Part shown: positions 36,402 to 46,547 of the stretch, piece by piece
Layout: each line of letters begins with the position of its first letter
Numbering within the stretch: the first letter of the stretch is position 1
Assembly (NCBI GenBank): GCA_028715115.1
Contig: JAQUSN010000002.1
Span: 4,944 to 68,943, forward strand
DNA: 64,000 nucleotides
Source: Patescibacteria group bacterium
GTDB lineage: Bacteria; Patescibacteriota; Patescibacteriia; UBA2591; UBA4787
Direction of reading: 5' to 3'
Notes under the pieces: model-generated
Seen by the model: only the letters and a program-made list of their open reading frames with translations
Told to the model about the DNA's origin: nothing
Database searches by the model: none
Position numbers and translations under genes: made by a program

Positions 36402-38629
36402 TGAAAAATAAATTATCAAAAATAAAATTCATTGTTTTTGGCCTTAGTATAATCGCGGCTAGTTTTAATTTTTCCAATTTTAATTTAAAAGCCCAGGCCC
36501 CGTCTCTAAATTATGCCCCTGACGAATTACTAATTAAATTAAAGAAACAAGATACTATTTATAAAGTTCATTATTCCGGCGCTGTTGATATTTTGGCGCA
36601 GCAAAAATCAGTTGCCCAAATGTCCGATGTTGAAGCAGTTGAATTAAATTATTATTTTATTTCGGCTTATATTCCCAGTGATACCTATTTTTCCGAAGAG
36701 TGGTATTTAAACAAAATTCAAGCGCCGCAAGCTTGGGATATTGTTCGCGGTGGATTTGAAGATGTGACTATTGCCGTTTTAGATACAGGAGTAGATATTG
36801 ATAACCCTGACTTAAAAGATAATATTTGGGTTAATAAAAAAGAAATACCCGGTAACGGGATTGATGATGATAAAAATGGTTACGTGGATGATTATTATGG
36901 CTGGGATTTCGTAAAAAACACCTCCGATCCGCGACCTAAGTTTGAAGACATTTTTACCGCTGGTGCGATTAATCATGGAACTATTGTGGCCGGAACTGCG
37001 GCGGCTATGGGTGATAACGGGCAAGGAGTTGCCGGTATAACCTGGAAATCTAAAATTATGCCTTTAAGAGTTTTAAACGGTCAAGGAGTTGGCTCTATTG
37101 ATGCGGTTATTGCCGCGGTTAATTATGCTAAGAATAGTGGAGCTAAGATAATTAATCTAAGTTTTGTCGGGACGAGCCCAAGTGATTTTTTAGCTCAGGC
37201 ACTTAAACAAGCCTGGAGAGAGGGGGTGTTTATTGTCGCGGCCGCTGGAAACGAAGCAACGGGCCAAACTGAAAATCTAAACAATGTTCCCTCATATCCG
37301 GTTTGTTTAGACGCCAACGATACAGATAATTACATTATCGGCGTGGGAGCTACTGATCAGTTTGATCGTAAGGCTAGTTTTTCCAATTATGGTTCGAATT
37401 GCGTTGACATCATGGCGCCGGGCAGTAGAATTTTTAGTACTTTGGCTTATAATCCTAATTTGCCAGATTATAAAGATCGTTTTGGTGGTTATTGGTCTGG
37501 GACTTCAGTGGCCACTCCGCTGGTTTCTGGTGCGGCGGCTTTAATTAAATCACTTAATCCCTTGTTAACCAATCAGCAAGTCAGGGATATTATTTTAACG
37601 CAAGCAGATGATATTTCTTATATTAATCCCGATTATGGAAACGGCTTGGGTCGCGGACGATTAAATCTTTACCGCGCCGTTGATTACGAGTATTCGCAAT
37701 TAGCCGAAGCGCCGCAAACTAGATATATTGTGACAGCCGCTGGCCCGGGTGGCGGGCCCCATGTTCGCGTTATGAAATCCAATGGCTTGCCTGTTAGCGG
37801 ATTTATGGCTTATGATTCCAAATTTCGCGGTGGCGTGAAGATAGCTACTGGTGACGTTGATGGCGATAATCAAGAAGAAATTATAACTGTGCCTGCCACT
37901 TTGGGTTCGGCCCAAGTAAAAATATTCGACATTAACGGTAACATAAAGGGCAGTTTTTTGGCGATTAAAAATTATAATAAAGGATTAAATTTGGCAAGTT
38001 GTGATTTAGATGGCGATCAGCTTTTTGAAATAATCGCTAGTCCGAACGGTCGTGCCGATCCGTATATTTATATCTTCAATGGTCAGGGCCGATTACAATT
38101 AAAATTTTTAGCTTATAGCCCCAGGATTTTCCGAGGAGAAGTAAGGGTTGGCTGCGGCGATGTCGATGGTGATGGAGAAAGCGAAATCGTTACCGCCTTG
38201 GGTTCCGGCGGTTCGCCGCAAATAAAAATTTTTAGCCCCACCGGACAACTTAAAGTCCAGTGGTATGCCTTTTTGCAAAAGTTTACCGGTGGAGTTAATG
38301 TGGCCGTGGGAGATGTTAATGGTGATGGTCGAGCGGAAATAGTCACGAGCATTGCCTCCAAGGCCAGTCCTTATATTAGGGTTTTTGATTACTTCGGTTT
38401 TTTACAAACTCAGTTTTTAGCTTATGACGCGAACAATTTTTACGGCGTAACTTTGGCGGTTAATGATTTAAACGAGGACAATGTTTCAGAAATAATCACT
38501 GGCGTAGGCAAGGGATCTCAGCCACACGTAAGATTATTTGATTATTTAGGCGTCAGTCAAGGCGGATTTTTTGCTTATGACAAAAAGTTTTTGGGCGGCA
38601 TATTTTTGGCGACCATTAAAGGAAAATGA
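36401..38629 (+). CDS. S8 subtilase with FG-GAP/VCBS repeats
   Basis: LDTG, HGT, GTSVA triad; GDVDGDG repeats. Confidence 0.92.
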   Translation: MKNKLSKIKFIVFGLSIIAASFNFSNFNLKAQAPSLNYAPDELLIKLKKQDTIYKVHYSGAVDILAQQKSVAQMSDVEAVELNYYFISAYIPSDTYFSEEWYLNKIQAPQAWDIVRGGFEDVTIAVLDTGVDIDNPDLKDNIWVNKKEIPGNGIDDDKNGYVDDYYGWDFVKNTSDPRPKFEDIFTAGAINHGTIVAGTAAAMGDNGQGVAGITWKSKIMPLRVLNGQGVGSIDAVIAAVNYAKNSGAKIINLSFVGTSPSDFLAQALKQAWREGVFIVAAAGNEATGQTENLNNVPSYPVCLDANDTDNYIIGVGATDQFDRKASFSNYGSNCVDIMAPGSRIFSTLAYNPNLPDYKDRFGGYWSGTSVATPLVSGAAALIKSLNPLLTNQQVRDIILTQADDISYINPDYGNGLGRGRLNLYRAVDYEYSQLAEAPQTRYIVTAAGPGGGPHVRVMKSNGLPVSGFMAYDSKFRGGVKIATGDVDGDNQEEIITVPATLGSAQVKIFDINGNIKGSFLAIKNYNKGLNLASCDLDGDQLFEIIASPNGRADPYIYIFNGQGRLQLKFLAYSPRIFRGEVRVGCGDVDGDGESEIVTALGSGGSPQIKIFSPTGQLKVQWYAFLQKFTGGVNVAVGDVNGDGRAEIVTSIASKASPYIRVFDYFGFLQTQFLAYDANNFYGVTLAVNDLNEDNVSEIITGVGKGSQPHVRLFDYLGVSQGGFFAYDKKFLGGIFLATIKGK

Positions 38630-39078
38630 TGTTTAAAAATTTATACAACTCGGCGGTTAGCAGGGTAAGGAATAATTTTTGGTTCGAAAAATATCCATGG
38701 ACAAAGCAGTTTATTAAATTTTCTATCGCTGGCGGAGTTTGCGCGATTATAGACTTTTTAGTCTATATAATTTTAACCAGACTTTCTCCCTTTTGGGCTC
38801 AACGTGCAGGTTGGGCTAATTTTTTGGCGATTTCCTTGGCTTCGACTGTTAATTTCGTTTGGAATAAGAAGTGGACCTTTCATAGCAATCAACCGAATCT
38901 ACTTGCGCAATATATAAAATTTTGGGTAGTAGTTATTTTAGGCATAGTCGTTTATCAGTGGATTTTTGTTTTTTCAATTAAACAATTCCATTTTTTCGAT
39001 CTTTTAGGAAAGGCTATCGCGGCCGCTATCGTCTGGATTTTAAGATTTATATTTAATAAATTTTGGAGTTTTAAGTAA
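38626..39078 (+). CDS. GtrA family protein
   Basis: QFIKFSIAG...NFVWNKKWTF. Confidence 0.88.
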   Translation: MMFKNLYNSAVSRVRNNFWFEKYPWTKQFIKFSIAGGVCAIIDFLVYIILTRLSPFWAQRAGWANFLAISLASTVNFVWNKKWTFHSNQPNLLAQYIKFWVVVILGIVVYQWIFVFSIKQFHFFDLLGKAIAAAIVWILRFIFNKFWSFK

Positions 39079-39083
39079 TTTAT

Positions 39084-39539
39084 ATGATTCAAGGAGTTCA
39101 ATTAAAAAAAATTAACGCCAATTTCGATGATCGGGGTTTTTTGTGTGAAGTTTTTAAAGATTCAGAGATTAGCCCCAACCAGATCAAGCAGACTACTTAT
39201 ACGGAAACTTTGCCCGGAGTTATCAAGGCTTTTCATTGGCACAAAAAACAACGGGACTACTGGTTTGTAGCGGGAGGCTTAGCCCAGGTTGTTTTATATG
39301 ATTTACGTCAAGATTCTTCGACTAAAGGGCAAATAGATGTTTTTTACTTGGGCGAGAAAAATTTAGCCCTATTAATTATTCCGCCAGGAGTGGCGCATGG
39401 TTACCGAGTTTTGGGCAATAAACCGGCTTGCTTATTTTATCATACCAGCGAAGTATATAATCCTCAGCAGCCGGACGAAGAAAGAATATCTTTTGATGAT
39501 CCACAAATTAATTTTAATTGGCAGACAAAAAATCGTTAA
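39084..39539 (+). CDS. rfbC: dTDP-4-dehydrorhamnose 3,5-epimerase family
   Basis: DDRGF, KAFHWH, IPPGVAHGY. Confidence 0.85.
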   Translation: MIQGVQLKKINANFDDRGFLCEVFKDSEISPNQIKQTTYTETLPGVIKAFHWHKKQRDYWFVAGGLAQVVLYDLRQDSSTKGQIDVFYLGEKNLALLIIPPGVAHGYRVLGNKPACLFYHTSEVYNPQQPDEERISFDDPQINFNWQTKNR

Positions 39540-39542
39540 TTT

Positions 39543-40403
39543 ATGAAAATTTTAATCCTTGGAGCCAAGGGGCTTTTAGGTCACGACCTAATGGCCGTGT
39601 TTAAAAATTATCGGCCGATTGGCTACGATATTGAAAATATTAATTTGATCCAGCGGAATAAAATATTCGAAGAAATAAGCCGCTTAAAACCAGACTTAGT
39701 CTTGAATGCCGCTGGCTATACTGACGTTGATTGCGCCGAAAAAGAGTTAAACATGGCAAAATTAATTAATGGTATTGCTGTTGATTATCTTGCCGAAATA
39801 TGTTCCAAGCTTAATATCATTTTAGTTCATTTTAGTACCGATTACGTATTTTCTGGGCGGCAAAAAACCGGTTATTTAGAAAAATATTTTGATCATCAGC
39901 CGGTTAATGCTTATGGCCGTTCCAAATTGCTTGGAGAAGTTGCCATTAAAAAATGGGCCAACAAAGGATTAAAATATTATTTAGTTAGAAGTGCTTGGCT
40001 CTTCGGTCCGTTTAGTCATTCTCATCAGCATAAAAATTTTGTTGATACTATTTTAAGGTTAGCTAAAGAAAAAGACGAAATTAAGGTGGTTAATGATCAA
40101 TTTGGCTGCCCGACTTATAGTTTAGACTTAGCAAAGGCAGTCGAGAGGTTAATCATAGAAAAACACCCTTTCGGTATTTATCATTTAATCAATGATGGAT
40201 TTGCCAGCTGGTGCGATTTTGCCAAAAAAATAGTCCAAATCGCCGAAGAAAAAACAAAGATCATTCCTTGCTCAAGTAAAGAATATCCGCGCCCAGCCAA
40301 GCGACCAAAATATTCGATTTTACTCAACACCAAATGCTTCAAATTAAGAAAATGGGAGGAAGCCCTAAAAGACTATTTAAAAATTAAAAATACTATCTTA
40401 TGA
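39543..40403 (+). CDS. rfbD: dTDP-4-dehydrorhamnose reductase
   Basis: STDYVFSG, YGRSK, VVNDQFGCPT. Confidence 0.92.
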   Translation: MKILILGAKGLLGHDLMAVFKNYRPIGYDIENINLIQRNKIFEEISRLKPDLVLNAAGYTDVDCAEKELNMAKLINGIAVDYLAEICSKLNIILVHFSTDYVFSGRQKTGYLEKYFDHQPVNAYGRSKLLGEVAIKKWANKGLKYYLVRSAWLFGPFSHSHQHKNFVDTILRLAKEKDEIKVVNDQFGCPTYSLDLAKAVERLIIEKHPFGIYHLINDGFASWCDFAKKIVQIAEEKTKIIPCSSKEYPRPAKRPKYSILLNTKCFKLRKWEEALKDYLKIKNTIL

Positions 40404-41122
40404 AGGGAATTATTTTGGCCGGAGGCAATGGCACCAGGATGTTGCCATGTACCCGAATTACCAATAAACATTGTTTGCCGGTTTATGATAAACCGATGAT
40501 CTATCATCCGCTTGAAACCTTGACCAAGGCCGGCATTAAAGAAGTAATGATTGTCACGGGTGGTAATAATCCCGGCGATTTTTTAAAGCTTTTAGAAAAC
40601 GGTAAGGAGTTTGGTTTAAAAGAAATCCGTTATGCATATCAAGAGGGCGCTGGCGGGATTGCCGAAGCCTTAGGCCTAGCTGAAAATTTTGCTAAGGGAG
40701 ACGGAGTGGTGGTTATTTTGGGCGATAATATATTCGAAGACGATATAGCGCCGTATGTTAAAAAATTTATAAATCAAGTCAGGGGTGGCAAGGTTTTTTT
40801 AAAAGAAGTAAGCGACCCAGAAAGATTTGGTGTAGCTGATATAAAAGGCGACAAGATTACTGATATCGAAGAAAAACCCAAAAATCCAAAATCAAATTAC
40901 GCGGTTACTGGTTTATACATGTATGACAGCCAAGTTTGGGATTTAATTAAAAAATTAAAACCCTCCGGAAGGGGAGAGTTAGAGATAACCGACGTTAATA
41001 ATTTTTATATCAGAAACAATTCTTTGACTTATGAGATTGTAAAAGGATTTTGGTCAGATGCTGGAACGTTTGATTCATTATTGCGAGCTGCTAATTTTTT
41101 GGCCGGTAAAAACAAAAATTAA
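40400..41122 (+). CDS. rfbA: Glucose-1-phosphate thymidylyltransferase (RfbA/SpsI-like)
   Basis: GIILAGGNGTR, LGDNIF, RGELEITD. Confidence 0.88.
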   Translation: MKGIILAGGNGTRMLPCTRITNKHCLPVYDKPMIYHPLETLTKAGIKEVMIVTGGNNPGDFLKLLENGKEFGLKEIRYAYQEGAGGIAEALGLAENFAKGDGVVVILGDNIFEDDIAPYVKKFINQVRGGKVFLKEVSDPERFGVADIKGDKITDIEEKPKNPKSNYAVTGLYMYDSQVWDLIKKLKPSGRGELEITDVNNFYIRNNSLTYEIVKGFWSDAGTFDSLLRAANFLAGKNKN

Positions 41123-41133
41123 GGACATTGAAA

Positions 41134-42588
41134 TTATTGCAATTTTAATCGCCAAATTCCTGATTGTTCGCCAATTTTTCCCAAAACATAAACCAAGTTT
41201 GGATTAGCGTTGTTCCAGATGGTTTGTAGGTTATCAAAACGGAATAGGTTGTATATATTTCGAGAATCTCGGCCGTCCAATTCTATAGCCATCAAATTGT
41301 TGTTTTTATCGGCGTTCAGAATGTAATTATTGCCAGTTCGCCAAAGAACTTGATTGACTTGATTACTACTGCGATTAATTAAGTCATTTTTTATTTGCCA
41401 CAGATCATTTTTTTTATTAATGGCGTAAAGAGAAATTTCAAAATCATTATAAGCTAGAATATTTTTAGCTTCTGGCTGGACAATAATTTTTTTTGCTGGA
41501 TTCCTGGCAATAATATAATTTGTTTTTTGCGATGGATCTATAATGAAAAATTCTTGATTAGCAGTTAAAATCATCAAATCGTCATTTAGTTGTTGGGGGT
41601 TAATCGCAAATAAATAATTAGGCAGAGATAAGCTGTAGACAATTGATTGTTTGGTATATTTTTCGGCAGAAATTGCTAAATTTATTTTATCGAGATAAAT
41701 GTCACCATCTATTTTTTTAATTAAAAATATCGCATCTTTACCAATAAACCAATCTTTAAGCTGCGACCTAGTGGGCGATATGTTTGCCAAATCGAAAAAT
41801 AAATTTACTTTTTGTGTATTCGGATCAAGGGCGTATATTTTTTTGTTTGATTGAACATAAAAAATATTATTAAAGAGCGATATCTTTTGTGGCGATGAAA
41901 CTAAATTATTGATTAAAATAGTTTTAGTGGCGTCATCAAGATTAATTAAATAAAGACCGGTATCAGATTTAACCGCCAAATAATTGTTATTTTTTTCTAG
42001 AGACGAAACCTTTCCTTTTATTTTTGTAATTAATTCAGCCGCGGGCTTAGGCTGTTCTGGTCTGATGATTTTTATTTCAGAAATTTTGGCGCCGGCATCA
42101 TATATAGAATAAAAAATCTGTTTTCCATTATCGGTTGGCAGTAAATATGATATTTTTTCAGCTAAAACTAATTCCGGAGAAATATCTTGCAAGAACAAAT
42201 ATATTCTTCCGGTATTAGTCGTTTGTTCTGGTAAAATCTCGAGACTTTTTTGCCATAAACGATAGCCATCTTTTTGTACAACCAAGTTATACTTATTAGG
42301 AATAAGGTTAGAGACGGCTGTCGGTGTAGTGCCGCTGACCTTTGCTAGTCCAAGCATTTTCTTGTGGATAAATATTTTTTGATACCAGGGCTCAACCGGA
42401 GATTGATCGTTGATTAAAATCGTAGCATCGCGAGGCGTAGAGTCGACATAAAAATTACCGGTTTTACTTAAGCGTTTATTTTGCCAATCATAACGATAGC
42501 CTTCGCCGTAAAGAATCAGGGCTGGTCCGCTGATGACAAAAATTATAACTAGTGGTATAATTATTAATAATCTGTAACGAAAACTCAT
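41134..42588 (-). CDS. PEGA domain membrane protein
   Basis: TM, then GYRYD...TG...DSTP...KDGYRLWQK; ATG taken at 42588. Confidence 0.8.
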   Translation of the reverse strand: MSFRYRLLIIIPLVIIFVISGPALILYGEGYRYDWQNKRLSKTGNFYVDSTPRDATILINDQSPVEPWYQKIFIHKKMLGLAKVSGTTPTAVSNLIPNKYNLVVQKDGYRLWQKSLEILPEQTTNTGRIYLFLQDISPELVLAEKISYLLPTDNGKQIFYSIYDAGAKISEIKIIRPEQPKPAAELITKIKGKVSSLEKNNNYLAVKSDTGLYLINLDDATKTILINNLVSSPQKISLFNNIFYVQSNKKIYALDPNTQKVNLFFDLANISPTRSQLKDWFIGKDAIFLIKKIDGDIYLDKINLAISAEKYTKQSIVYSLSLPNYLFAINPQQLNDDLMILTANQEFFIIDPSQKTNYIIARNPAKKIIVQPEAKNILAYNDFEISLYAINKKNDLWQIKNDLINRSSNQVNQVLWRTGNNYILNADKNNNLMAIELDGRDSRNIYNLFRFDNLQTIWNNANPNLVYVLGKIGEQSGIWRLKLQ

Positions 42589-43845
42589 ATGGCTCAATTT
42601 ATTATTAATGGCGGTCAACATCTTAAGGGTGAAATAGAGGTGATGGGCATGAAAAATGCCGCAACGCCGATTTTAGCCGCCACGCTTTTAACCAAACAAA
42701 CTTGTATCTTAAAAAATATTCCCAACATCTCCGACGTGAGAGTGGTGATTGATATTTTAAAAAGTCTAGGTTCACGAATAGAGGCTATTGGCGAACATGC
42801 CTTTAAAATAGATAATTCGCAAATTAACCCCCAACAATTAGATGAAAAATCCGTTCGCCATATTCGCTCTTCGGTTCTTTTTATGGGGCCGCTGTTGGCG
42901 CGATTTGGTCAAGTGGAATTGCCCGAGCCGGGCGGATGTATTATTGGTAACCGGCCGCTTGATACTCACTTGTATGCCTTAGAACACCTTGGGGCGCAAA
43001 TCGCGAAAAAAGATCGTTTTTATGGTTTAAGTGCTAAGCATCTTAAGGGCGCAGTAATTATTCTACCAGAATTTTCAGTTACGGCAACAGAAAATCTGTT
43101 AATGGCCGCCACGTTGGCCGAGGGTCGCACGATTATTAAATTAGCGGCGGCCGAACCGCATGTCCAGGATTTGTGTAATTTTTTACAAAAAATGGGCGCA
43201 AAAATTTCCGGTATCGGTACTCATACTTTAGTAATTGATGGCGTTAAAGAATTGAAAGGCACTGAGCATACGATTATTCCCGATCAAATAGAAGCGGGAA
43301 CATTCGCCGCCATGGCTGTGGCCACGCGCGGAGAAATGAAGATAAAAAATATCAACCCGGAACATTTAGAAATTATTTTGTTAAAGTTAAAACAAATCGG
43401 CGCTGGCTTTGAGGTTGGACCAGACTATCTTAATGTTTTTCCTGCGAACGATTTAAAGGCTTTTAAATTACAGGCCCTGCCTTATCCCGGGTTCCCTACA
43501 GACCTACAGTCGCCATTTGGCGTTTTAGCTACCCAAGGCCAGGGGACAACCTTGATTCAAGATCCATTATTCGAAGGTAGAATGGGTTATGTTAATGAGT
43601 TGATAAAAATGGGCGCTAATGCTATTATTGCTGACCCGCACAGAGTTATTATTACCGGACCGACACCGCTTTATGGACAGGACATTAAGACTTTAGATTT
43701 GCGTGCTGGTGCCACTTTAATTATCGCTAGTTTAATAGCTAACGGTCAGAGCACAATTAATCAGGCCGAAATAATTGACCGCGGTTATGAAAAAATAGAG
43801 GAACGGTTGCTAAAATTAGGAGCTGAAATAAAAAGGGTTAGTTAA
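42589..43845 (+). CDS. murA: UDP-N-acetylglucosamine 1-carboxyvinyltransferase
   Basis: KNAA, PGGCIIGNRP, PGFPTDLQ, DLRAGA, IDRGYE. Confidence 0.97.
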   Translation: MAQFIINGGQHLKGEIEVMGMKNAATPILAATLLTKQTCILKNIPNISDVRVVIDILKSLGSRIEAIGEHAFKIDNSQINPQQLDEKSVRHIRSSVLFMGPLLARFGQVELPEPGGCIIGNRPLDTHLYALEHLGAQIAKKDRFYGLSAKHLKGAVIILPEFSVTATENLLMAATLAEGRTIIKLAAAEPHVQDLCNFLQKMGAKISGIGTHTLVIDGVKELKGTEHTIIPDQIEAGTFAAMAVATRGEMKIKNINPEHLEIILLKLKQIGAGFEVGPDYLNVFPANDLKAFKLQALPYPGFPTDLQSPFGVLATQGQGTTLIQDPLFEGRMGYVNELIKMGANAIIADPHRVIITGPTPLYGQDIKTLDLRAGATLIIASLIANGQSTINQAEIIDRGYEKIEERLLKLGAEIKRVS

Positions 43846-43870
43846 ATTATTTTAAAAGATTTTTTAATTT

Positions 43871-43895
43871 AAAACCGAGCATAGTGCTCGGTTTT
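43871..43895. terminator. Bidirectional terminator
   Basis: AAAACCGAGCA-TAG-TGCTCGGTTTT. Confidence 0.8.
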
Positions 43896-43900
43896 AAATT

Positions 43901-43974
43901 TGGTGGACCTAGGCGGAATCGAACCGCCGTCTCGGCAATGCGAATGCCGCGTACTACCGCTGTACTATAGGCCC
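43901..43974 (-). tRNA. tRNA-Ala(CGC)
   Basis: Cloverleaf, G3:U70, CCA. Confidence 0.93.
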
Positions 43975-44093
43975 CTCAATTTTTTATCATGCCCTGACGA
44001 GGAGCCTCGAATCTTGACCTTATCCTCCCGCCCGCAGCGCCAAGCCGCAGCTTTGGCGGGCGCGGTAGGACGGATTTATTTTTATAGTATCTA

Positions 44094-44165
44094 TGCCCCC
44101 AGGAGGAATTGAACCTCCATCTAGAGCTTAGGAGTCTCTCGTTCTATCCGTTGAACTATGAGGGC
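44094..44165 (-). tRNA. tRNA-Arg(CCT)
   Basis: Cloverleaf, loop CTCCTAA; one A-G mismatch in anticodon stem. Confidence 0.88.
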
Positions 44166-44297
44166 TAATTCGTTTAAATTATTCTGGGTGGCTATGGCAA
44201 TTTTTAAAAACAAAACAGAGTTTTTAGAAAGCTCCGCCTAAAGCTGTATTATGAATCTATATTAGTAAATGATTGCTGATGATAAAGTGGTCGTCGT

Positions 44298-44474
44298 TTA
44301 TTTTTTAATAGCTATTATTTGCGCAAGCTTCATTAAAAATCCGGTTTTATCGTCAACAATTTTAATGACGATCAAAAAAACAACAATAGCCAAAAGCACC
44401 AAAATTAATTTTCTTAAATCTCGGCGGACGTAATCAAGATTATTTTTTTGTACTGGTTGATTGTTTCCGTTCAT
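44298..44474 (-). CDS. Small membrane protein (58 aa, below ORF-track cutoff)
   Basis: MNGNNQPVQKNNLDYVRRDLRKLILVLLAIVVFLIVIK... Confidence 0.6.
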   Translation of the reverse strand: MNGNNQPVQKNNLDYVRRDLRKLILVLLAIVVFLIVIKIVDDKTGFLMKLAQIIAIKK

Positions 44475-44635
44475 AAAAATTTCTTTTAAATTTTTAATAA
44501 TTAGTTTAAAAATATTATAGCACCCACTGGCATTTTGTCAATTTTTGTCCACTTCCAAAGATTTGACAAGTGGGCTCTAATTTTCTATAATAATGCTATA
44601 AATTTTAATTTTAACTCGTAATTTTATCAAAAGCT

Positions 44636-45013
44636 ATGGATAAAGATCGCAAGCTTAATTCAGCAGATACCCAGACCGTTATTGGTGCCGGGGTAAAAGT
44701 CGAAGGTAAATTTGACGCCATCGGCGATGTAGTTTTAAAGGGTAGGCTCACCGGAACATTAGATACGCAAAGCGCTTTATTTTTGGAAGAGGGCGCTTTT
44801 ATAGATGGCGACATGACGGCAAAGAACGCCAATTTAGCCGGAGAAATAAAAGGTAACGTGAAGGTTCAAAATCAGGTTGGCCTTACCAAGACCGCCAAGA
44901 TTAAAGGTGATTTAGAATGCCAAATCTTATCAATCGAGGCTGGCGCTATTTTCAACGGCCGCTGTTCCATTGGTCGACAAGTTCCCGAGAAGGCAACTGA
45001 AGAAGGGAAATAA
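44636..45013 (+). CDS. Bactofilin (polymer-forming cytoskeletal protein)
   Basis: TVIGAGVKVEG...IEAGAIFNGRC. Confidence 0.92.
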   Translation: MDKDRKLNSADTQTVIGAGVKVEGKFDAIGDVVLKGRLTGTLDTQSALFLEEGAFIDGDMTAKNANLAGEIKGNVKVQNQVGLTKTAKIKGDLECQILSIEAGAIFNGRCSIGRQVPEKATEEGK

Positions 45014-45061
45014 TTATTTATTTCTCTTTGTTCCCATTTTTAATTTTTAATTAAAAGGGAA

Positions 45062-45841
45062 ATGTATTTGTATTTATACGACTCATTTTTAGTTGACCAG
45101 AAATATCGCCGGCTGATTGATCGCATTGAAACCAGGCTGACCGACTTGGGAATTAATGGTCGGACAATTCGTTTAACTATTTTAAAAAACGCTCGTGAGG
45201 TCATTAAGGATAATCTTAAGGCAGAAATTGATACGGTGGTGGCGATTGGCGGTGATAAACTATTTGCTGAATCGGCAACGGCCCTAGCTGGAACCGATGT
45301 GTCTCTTGGTTTTATCCCGGTAGGCGAGTCAAAACTGGGGCAAATTTTAGATATTCCGGTCAGCGAAGCTGCTTGTGATATTATTTCCGGTCGACGTTTA
45401 GAGCAGATTGACCTAGGGAAAATCAATGGTCAATATTTTTTTAATGCCATAGACATTAATACTTCTAAGGTGAATATTTGGTGCGACGATTCGTACGAAA
45501 TTAAGCCACAAAGGATTAAAGCGGTTAAAATAGTCAACTTAGGTTGGGTTAACTTTCGTCTTAGCGAGCCAGATATTGTTATTGATAGACTGGCCAGCAA
45601 TGCTCGAGATAAGTTTTTAGAAATTGTTTTAGATCAACCAGATAAAGCCAAGTTTTTATTTTTTAAAAAAATAGAAGAAAAAGATAGCTTGTTTTTTGCC
45701 AAAAAAATAAAAATTTCATCGTCGAACGACAAAGAGGTAATGGTTAGGGTTGATGGCGATAGAGTTCTGAAATTACCGGTTATTGTTGAGGTTGTGCCAA
45801 AATGTTTAAAAATTATTGTCGGTCGGGACAGAATGATTTAA
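45062..45841 (+). CDS. Diacylglycerol kinase-family protein
   Basis: VVAIGGD, LGFIPVG, IDLGKING. Confidence 0.8.
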   Translation: MYLYLYDSFLVDQKYRRLIDRIETRLTDLGINGRTIRLTILKNAREVIKDNLKAEIDTVVAIGGDKLFAESATALAGTDVSLGFIPVGESKLGQILDIPVSEAACDIISGRRLEQIDLGKINGQYFFNAIDINTSKVNIWCDDSYEIKPQRIKAVKIVNLGWVNFRLSEPDIVIDRLASNARDKFLEIVLDQPDKAKFLFFKKIEEKDSLFFAKKIKISSSNDKEVMVRVDGDRVLKLPVIVEVVPKCLKIIVGRDRMI

Positions 45842-45896
45842 AAATTTTTAAAATTAAGAATAGGCGAGAGGCCTATTTTTTTATTTTTATTTAAAT

Positions 45897-46499
45897 TTAT
45901 TCGATAACCTCGCGCCTTTTTATAGCGTTAGATAAAGTTATTTCATCGGCGTATTCCAAATCGCTGCCAATCGGTAAACCTCTAGCAAGACGGCTGATTT
46001 TTATTTTTAATGGTTTTAGCAAGTTAATTAAGTAAAGAGAAGTGGTTTCGCCTTCCAGATCAGGATTAAGGGCTAGAATTATTTCTTTGACTTTAACGGC
46101 CGATTTGGCGATGCGCTGTAATAATTGGTTGACGCGCAGGTTCTCCGGGCTGGTATTTTGTGTAGTACTGATTAAACCGCCCAAGATATGATAGACGCCC
46201 TTAAAATCTTGAGTTTTTTCCAAGGCCATTAAATCCTGCGGATCGGCGACTACGCAAATGATCGAGTGATCGCGATTTTGGTTGCCGCAAAGAGGGCAAA
46301 TGTTTTTTTCCGCGAAATTATTGCAAAGCGGGCAAAGCGATATTTTTTTTAATTCTTTAATGCTCGTTGAGAGTTTTTCCAGTTGGGCTGGCGATTTTTT
46401 TAATAAATAAAAAATAAACCGTTCGGCGGTTTTAGGCCCAATAGACGGGAATTGGGCAAACTCATTAATCAGATCTTGAAGATTTTTAGGATACGACAT
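45897..46499 (-). CDS. recR: Recombination protein RecR
   Basis: PSIGPKTAER, C4 Zn finger, EGETT, LEYADEITL. Confidence 0.96.
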   Translation of the reverse strand: MSYPKNLQDLINEFAQFPSIGPKTAERFIFYLLKKSPAQLEKLSTSIKELKKISLCPLCNNFAEKNICPLCGNQNRDHSIICVVADPQDLMALEKTQDFKGVYHILGGLISTTQNTSPENLRVNQLLQRIAKSAVKVKEIILALNPDLEGETTSLYLINLLKPLKIKISRLARGLPIGSDLEYADEITLSNAIKRREVIE

Positions 46500-46547
46500 G
46501 ACTGAAATTATTAAATTTTACCAGATAAAATTTTTATAGAAAATTCA

